Below, piece by piece: positions 56,436-64,000 of a stretch of 64,000 bases of DNA. The notes under the pieces were generated by a model. That model was not told the DNA's origin, searched no databases, and saw only the letters and a program-made list of their open reading frames with translations. This stretch comes from the human T2T-CHM13v2.0 reference genome, Homo sapiens: the NCBI RefSeq assembly GCF_009914755.1, contig NC_060925.1, one strand, 5' to 3'. The position numbers and the translations under genes are program-made. Numbering within the stretch: position 1 is the stretch's first letter; each line of letters opens with the position of its first letter.

Positions 56436-57056
56436 AGTGCTTGATCCTGTGACATGGCATGCTTTAATCTTCATTTTTCTTCCGCTTTTTGATATCTCTA
56501 TCTTCATTGATTCTACTCCACCCTCTTACTGGACTCATATTATCTTGGTTCTATTCACACACCTTTATTTGTCAGTCATTCCTGTTAGAACATTCTGAGT
56601 AGTTTGGGAGGTGAGTGTAGACTGAGGTTTACACACTAATGAGGATGCTTGGGGAAAGTGAACTGAAGGGGTGGAGGGGATAGACTGGCCCTGGTGAAGT
56701 GGGTAGCCTCGGATGAGTTTTTCCTGATGGTCTAAGATGGGTGTGGGCCTTAGCTTCTTAGTACACAGAACTTGTGTTTGAGCCTGATAGTGAATTCAAG
56801 ACCAGAGACCCTGATGTGTTGGAATTGCTGGTTGGATTTTACAAAGAATGGTGGACTTTCAAACTTATGGTGACCACTGTTGAATTTTACTGGGACATGA
56901 CAATTATACTAGAGCCCCTAAAGTGGCAGACCTGAAGTCTCGCTGTTCTCTTTGGTTTGAGGGGAATAAGGGCAGATGATAGGCATATATTGTTTAAAAA
57001 CGTGTTTGCCACTTTGTCTCTTCCTCTTCGCCTCAGTGACCTTGTTCTCCTTGCAG

Positions 57057-57452
57057 GTTATGGCCACACCGTGCCCTTGTCAGATGGAGGTAAGGCCTTC
57101 TGCATCATCTACTCCGTCATTGGCATTCCCTTCACCCTCCTGTTCCTGACGGCTGTGGTCCAGCGCATCACCGTGCACGTCACCCGCAGGCCGGTCCTCT
57201 ACTTCCACATCCGCTGGGGCTTCTCCAAGCAGGTGGTGGCCATCGTCCATGCCGTGCTCCTTGGGTTTGTCACTGTGTCCTGCTTCTTCTTCATCCCGGC
57301 CGCTGTCTTCTCAGTCCTGGAGGATGACTGGAACTTCCTGGAATCCTTTTATTTTTGTTTTATTTCCCTGAGCACCATTGGCCTGGGGGATTATGTGCCT
57401 GGGGAAGGCTACAATCAAAAATTCAGAGAGCTCTATAAGATTGGGATCACGT
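57057..57452 (+). CDS. KCNK1: KCNK1 coding exon 2 (GYG of P1, M2, M3, P2 with STIGLG, start of M4)
   Basis: Acceptor ccttgcag|GTTAT, donor ACGT|gtgagt, 396 nt. Translates (G)YGHTVPLSDGGKAF...STIGLGDYVPG...YKIGIT in frame with exon 1. Confidence 0.99.
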
Positions 57453-57490
57453 GTGAGTATTACAGCTCCCTGGCTGCTCCTTCTGTCTCC

Positions 57491-57653
57491 TTTATTTTAT
57501 TTATTTATTTATTTATTTATTTATTTTGAGCCCAGCTCTCACTCTGTTGCCCAGGCTGGAGTGCAGTGGTGCGATGTTGGCTCACTGCAACCTCCGCCTT
57601 CCGGGTTCAAGGGATTCTCTGCATCAGCCTTCCAAGTAGCTGGGCTTACAGGC
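57491..57653 (-). mobile_element. Truncated Alu right arm, antisense, with (TTTA)n tail
   Basis: Alu right-arm match ending abruptly at gcttacaggc. Confidence 0.9.
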
Positions 57654-57914
57654 TTCTGTCTCTATTTTGCCATTGCAAGCTCCACTTCACCTCTCAATGA
57701 GGGGTCATTCATAAAAGCACTGATTGCTTTCTTCTCATTGAGAAGTTTTCCGAATTTACCACCTTCTCAACCATTTCATTTTATGGTTTCCTTCAAAACT
57801 GTTTATGCAAAAATCTTATTACTGAGATATTTTTCACAACACCTTAAAATTACAGACGAATTTCTTACTAATAATGTAGGCGTTATAAATGACAGTGTAA
57901 AAATACATCATACA

Positions 57915-58359
<445 letters not shown>

Positions 58360-59062
58360 TTAAAAGAGCTGCTTACCTCATTTGTCCATCTGGTTCTTTT
58401 TAGAAGAAGTTCGCCTCTATTAACTGTTTCCAGAATTTTGTGTGTGGAAAATAAAATGGGCATTCAAATTCAGATGGTCAGGGATTTATAATTTTTTAAC
58501 AGTTTTCATTTTAAATTCAATGTAATATCATAGAAAACTTAACCATCCATTTTCAAGAAACTGTTCATTTCTGTGTGAGCCCTCCTGTCCTTTTCAGCAT
58601 GCACACAGTTGCAGTTATAATGTACCTACTGTTTTCATTTCTGTCTTGCCTTCTTAAGAATTTTTCAATTTACGACTTGGCTCAGGTCACGTTTTCTAGG
58701 GAATCATAGTAGATACTCAAGCAGCCAGATGCTCTGTCTTGGCCCTGTCTTGTAATTCTTAACCCTACAAAATGCTTAGTTGAATTGTGTGTATTTTGAC
58801 ATTTCCTTTAAACCATGGGCTCAGCCAAAACAGACGTTACTCATAAATCCCTAATGCTTTGAACAGTGCCTGGCTACCATACAAGTTCGACAGACTTTTT
58901 TTTGCCAAATGGTTACTTAGGATAATTTTATATTTCCTGTAGCTACCATAGGTATTATTTTTAGAGCCCATATGGTATTCACCAGGTGGCAAAACCATAA
59001 TCCAATCATGCCTCTATTGCTCATTATTTAGCTTTCTTCTAATTCAGGGGTATTATAAATGA

Positions 59063-59368
<306 letters not shown>

Positions 59369-60028
59369 AAGAATATTTTTGTATATATACACATTTCCTC
59401 CTCTGATATTCTTCCAAGAAATGAGATTGCTGGTGCAAAGTGAATACGCCTTTTTGTGACTCATAGAACATAATGACCTGGTGCTTTCCAAATGTTGTTA
59501 TGAGTTGACACGTCACCAGCATTATCTGAGTGTGACAGTTTCAGCACTCCTGGGGTGGTGATGGCCAGTAGCATTAGAGATGTTTTTTGTGTATGTGAGT
59601 TTGATAGCCAAATAAACATTATCTTAACTTTCTTTTCATATTATAGGTGATTGTTTTGTTTTATTTTATTTTATTCTGTGACTTGGAAAGTAGAATGTTT
59701 CTGTAATTATGTTTGCTAGCTACAATAATTTTCTCTTATATAAATTGTCTTCTCATAAATTTTGCCCAACCACTTAACTTCTTCAGTGTTTCATATAATA
59801 CTAAATCCTTGCATAACATTTTATCACTTCTTACAATGTGGATCATTTTTTAAAAAGCAATCTACATAGAATTAGTTTATGTTTTGAGCGTCAAGAACCT
59901 GAGTATCTAACAAATGAATATTCCAAAGATATATTAGATGTGGGCAGGATAAAATACCCCTGTTTTTGTCTGAAACCCCATGGATATTTTTGTGAGCATT
60001 CAAGAGTTTGACAAAATAATTATAAAGG

Positions 60029-60270
60029 AGGCTGGGCACGGTGGCTCATGCCTGTAATCATAGTACTTTGGGAGACGAAGGCAGGCAGATCACTAAGGCC
60101 AGGAGTTCGAGACCAACCTGGCCAATATGGTGAAACACCATCTCTACTAAAAATACAAAAATTAGCTGAAAATCACTTGAACCTGGGAGGCGGAGGTTGC
60201 AGTAAGCCAACATCATGCCACTGTACTTCAGCTTAGGTGACAGAATGAGGCTCTGTCTCAAAAAATAGTA
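60029..60270 (+). mobile_element. Alu with an internal right-arm deletion
   Basis: aaaattagctg joins directly to aaaatcacttgaacc. Confidence 0.92.
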
Positions 60271-60867
60271 ATAAGAATAATAAAGGAAAAGACACAGAGA
60301 TCCATCAATTAGTCTAACAATGTCATTACTATTTTTAAAGTACAGGAGAGCACACTGAATGCACGATATTGTTTTCAAAACCTATAGTCAGATTCTGAAG
60401 ATACTAAAACTTTGTATTCTGGGGTTAATTAGTTTCCTTATTCCTGTTATGCTGCCAATTTTAGCTTCCCTACTTCATATATTTTCGAAAATCCTTCTCA
60501 AATGTTTTACCACTGGGACATAAAATCAGAATTTTTGTTATTCTTGGAGTTTTCATCTTCACATTTCTGTTCCTTTTTATGATTTTTTTTTCTGAAAACT
60601 CATTTTTAAAATGATGGAAGGAATTTTAAATCACCATTTCCCATCACAGATTCCAAGCAATACATTTTACTTGAGTCAACAGTTATCCTTCATTTTCCCA
60701 GTAAGAAACTGGTAATGTTGGCCAGTGAATAGTCCACATGTCCAAAAACAACTGAGAGATAATGAAGAGCTTGGCTTTGTTGCTGGATTTAGGTGCAAGT
60801 GTAGATAGCCATGCACAAGGACCTATTTAATATCAACATACATTCTTAAATTTTTGATTTAGTTTAG

Positions 60868-61226
60868 TGTATTAGTCTGTTTTCACACTGCTGATAAAGA
60901 CATACCCGAGACTGGACAATTTACAAAAGAAAGAGGTTTAATTGGACTTACAGTTCCATGTGGCTAGGGAAGCCTCACAATCATGGTGGAAGGCAAGGAG
61001 GAGGAAGTCACATCTTACATGGATGGCAGCAGGCAAAGAGAGAGAGAATGTGTGCAGGGGAAGTCCTCTTTTTAAAACCATCAGATCTCGTGAGACTTAT
61101 TCACTATCATGAGAACAGCAGGGGAAAGACTTACCCCCATGATTCAACTACCTCCCACCAGGTCCCTCCAACAACACATGGGAATTCAAGATGAGATTTG
61201 GGTGGGGACACAGCCAAACCATAGCA
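60868..61226 (-). mobile_element. THE1 (THE1B-like) solo LTR
   Basis: tgtattagtctgttttcacactgctgataaagacatacccgagactgg...gagatttgggtggggacacagccaaaccatagca; flanks TTTAG/TTTAA. Confidence 0.93.
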
Positions 61227-61734
61227 TTTAAGACTGCAATTTCTATTATAAACTCTTATTCTATAATAGAAATTGTAAGAGTATTGAGTGCTTAAAATCT
61301 TCCGAGCACCCCATGATAAAACAAAAACTTTTCTAAAACATCACTGGCTTTTTGTGAGCCACTGATTATAAAGCAGAGGTGGCAAACCCTCCTTGCATAA
61401 AATATCACACTTGGGTAAGTGCAGTATGTTATGTGTCTTTAATAATGCCACATCAGCCCCAAGTATTTTTTTTTTCTCAAAAATTGCAGCCTGTGATTCT
61501 AACTAATCCAAGTTCATAGGAGGTTAAATCATTCTTCATTGTCTTTCACTCTTTAATAATGGGTAGTTCCTCTTTGAACCATGAACTTAAAAACACTTCT
61601 AAAAATTAAGAAACTGGCAATGAGTTTATTCCTTAACAAACACTGTGTTGGCATGAGGTGGGGAGGTAAATCACTCGCTACTTGATTTATCCATGTTGAG
61701 ATCACACTAAGACAGTGTCCTGTTTCTCACACAG

Positions 61735-61994
61735 GTTACCTGCTACTTGGCCTTATTGCCATGTTGGTAGTTCTGGAAACCTTCTGTGAACTCCATGAGC
61801 TGAAAAAATTCAGAAAAATGTTCTATGTGAAGAAGGACAAGGACGAGGATCAGGTGCACATCATAGAGCATGACCAACTGTCCTTCTCCTCGATCACAGA
61901 CCAGGCAGCTGGCATGAAAGAGGACCAGAAGCAAAATGAGCCTTTTGTGGCCACCCAGTCATCTGCCTGCGTGGATGGCCCTGCAAACCATTGA
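61735..61994 (+). CDS. KCNK1: KCNK1 coding exon 3 (rest of M4, C-terminus with LK274KF and di-isoleucine motif DQVHII)
   Basis: Acceptor tttctcacacag|GTTAC. Translates (C)YLLLGLIAMLVVLETF...VDGPANH then TGA; 260 nt. Total CDS 1011 nt = 336 aa. Confidence 0.99.
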
Positions 61995-62740
61995 GCGTAG
62001 GATTTGTTGCATTATGCTAGAGCACCAGGGTCAGGGTGCAAGGAAGAGGCTTAAGTATGTTCATTTTTATCAGAATGCAAAAGCGAAAATTATGTCACTT
62101 TAAGAAATAGCTACTGTTTGCAATGTCTTATTAAAAAACAACAAAAAAAGACAAATGGAACAAAGAAGCTGTGACCCCAGCAAGATGTCTAATATGTGAG
62201 GAAATGAGATGTCCACCTAAAATTCATATGTGACAAAATTATCTCGACCTTACATAGGAGGAGAATACTTGAAGCAGTATGCTGCTGTGGTTAGAAGCAG
62301 ATTTTATACTTTTAACTGGAAACTTTGGGGTTTGCATTTAGATCATTTAGCTGATGGCTAAATAGCAAAATTTATATTTAGAAGCAAAAAAAAAAAGCAT
62401 AGAGATGTGTTTTATAAATAGGTTTATGTGTACTGGTTTGCATGTACCCACCCAAAATGATTATTTTTGTAGAATCTAAGTTAAACTTACTATTTATAAT
62501 GCATAGGTAACCATTAACTATGTACATATAAAGTATAAATATGTTTATATTCTGTACATATGGTTTAGGTCACCAGATCCTAGTGTAGTTCTGAAACTAA
62601 GACTAGATATTTTGTTTCTTTTGATTTCTCTTTATACTAAAGAATCCAGAGTTGCTACAATAAAATAAGGGGAATAATAAACTTGAGAGTGAATAACCAT
62701 AGTATTCTGCTGCAATAAATGTTTCTACCCTCTTGCGATA
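61995..62740 (+). other. KCNK1: KCNK1 3' UTR (AU-rich; end approximate)
   Basis: AT-rich, repeat-free sequence between the stop codon and the clustered AATAAA signals. Confidence 0.8.
62659..62719 (+). terminator. KCNK1: Cluster of polyadenylation signals (AATAAA at 62659, 62676, 62714; further AATAAA at 62949/62953, ATTAAA at 62130)
   Basis: Canonical hexamers preceded by several TGTA elements and followed by T/GT-rich sequence. Confidence 0.75.
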
Positions 62741-63016
62741 GAATGGTGTCAGATGTCTAACATGTTTATAAACATTTTTTTGAATTGAACAGGTTATGAA
62801 AAGGATTTATTAAAAGGTTAAGATACTTTGTTTTGAAAGTACATTGTGATTTGCAGCCACCTAGCACTAAAGCATAGAACTTAAACACGAATCCCTAAAT
62901 GAACAGATTATGTTACATTAATCTGAGAATTTTAAATTTAGAAGCTAAAATAAATAAAAATCACAGCTGGTTGTAATCTTATGCTTTCATATATCAGAAG
63001 TGTGCCTCTATGTAGA

Positions 63017-63131
63017 ATATATATACATATGTGTGTGTATATACATATATATATGTATGTATATATATACATATGTATATATATATATATATATGTGTAT
63101 ATATATATATATATATACGTATATATATATA
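63017..63131. repeat. (TA)/(TG) compound microsatellite
   Basis: Seen directly. Confidence 0.95.
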
Positions 63132-63451
63132 GTCCTTCATAGAAAACATAAAGGTCACATTTAGATGACGTACACAGGATACTATTATATTAAGGATTTT
63201 AGAAAAGAAAATGAGAAAGCCCCTGTGTGATAATGAATGTCCACTGACCCCCGCAATGGAGCCTTACCTCCCATGGGTGGCTGCCCAGGAGTTGGTGGTT
63301 GAGGGGCTGGTAAAAATCAGTGCAAAATCAGCGCCCTCTGATGAGCCAGCCAAGCACTTTGATCGCGGGCCAGTCTCCTGACAGTGGGTCACTCGCTCAG
63401 TAACCTTCTACCTTCTGTACCATGTGCTGCCATGAGTAAATTATTACCAAC

Positions 63452-63700
63452 TGCAGGGCAAAGGGAAAGCATCCCCTTACCCTTCGGAAGATTTGCTGAA
63501 AAATCAACTCACAAAAAGGCAGATTAATGAGAAAAGGCATACACATTTATTAACTACCATGCACACAGAAAGAATTACAGAGTGATTGTCCAATATCTCA
63601 ATGGGGGTTCACATGCTTAAATATCTTACTGATTAGAGGACAGGGAGATGGAAAAATATAGGTGATTTTAGAGGGATAGTATATGATTTTTAGAGGAATC
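63452..63700 (-). mobile_element. ERV1 LTR fragment (MER34/39 group)
   Basis: aaaaggcagattaatgagaaaaggcatacacattt motif shared with 15480-15520. Confidence 0.6.
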
Positions 63701-64000
63701 CAAGTGTGCTGCCCTGTAAGCATATTTCCTCCCTGCTGACCATGTCCCTGCAATAGAAGACTGCTGTCATGAGGCCAGATCATTGGTTAAGGGTAGAATA
63801 GAGAATCCTTGGAGAATAGAGGCATGCATCCTGCCATAACTGGATCTGCAACATTTCCGATGGTCACAAGCCTTGGTGTGGAGCAGAGTCCTGAGATGCT
63901 CATCAATATAAATCACAGAAGCTGGATTACACTTGGAGAGTGTTATTCTATTTTATGCAATGCAGGAAAAAATAATGGCTAGTTTGCTACAGCTGCTTGG

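Overview
Human (primate) genomic DNA holding the complete KCNK1 (TWIK-1, K2P1.1) two-pore-domain potassium channel gene on the + strand. It has a CpG-island promoter and three coding exons: 4638-4992, 57057-57452 and 61735-61994. These total 355+396+260 = 1011 nt, or 336 aa. Intron 1 is about 52 kb and intron 2 about 4.3 kb, and the AU-rich 3' UTR has several poly(A) signals. Intron 1 contains the MIR4427 hairpin. Most of the rest is transposon-derived: about 19 Alu/FLAM copies, L1/L2/MIR fragments, MaLR/ERVL/ERV1/ERVK LTRs, Tigger3 and MER58. Repeat family calls come from recognising consensus motifs, so subfamilies and boundaries are approximate. I see no clear new gene system. The best leads are: (i) exon 2 splice geometry, including an in-frame internal donor giving a one-pore-loop subunit, in-frame skipping or circularisation, and a competing acceptor; (ii) a near-perfect 41-bp-arm fold-back inside a Tigger3; (iii) an LTR element with mismatched MLT2/MLT1 ends; (iv) a 10-bp-phased CACCTG array next to MIR4427; (v) several local duplications and an Alu with a G-tract tail.
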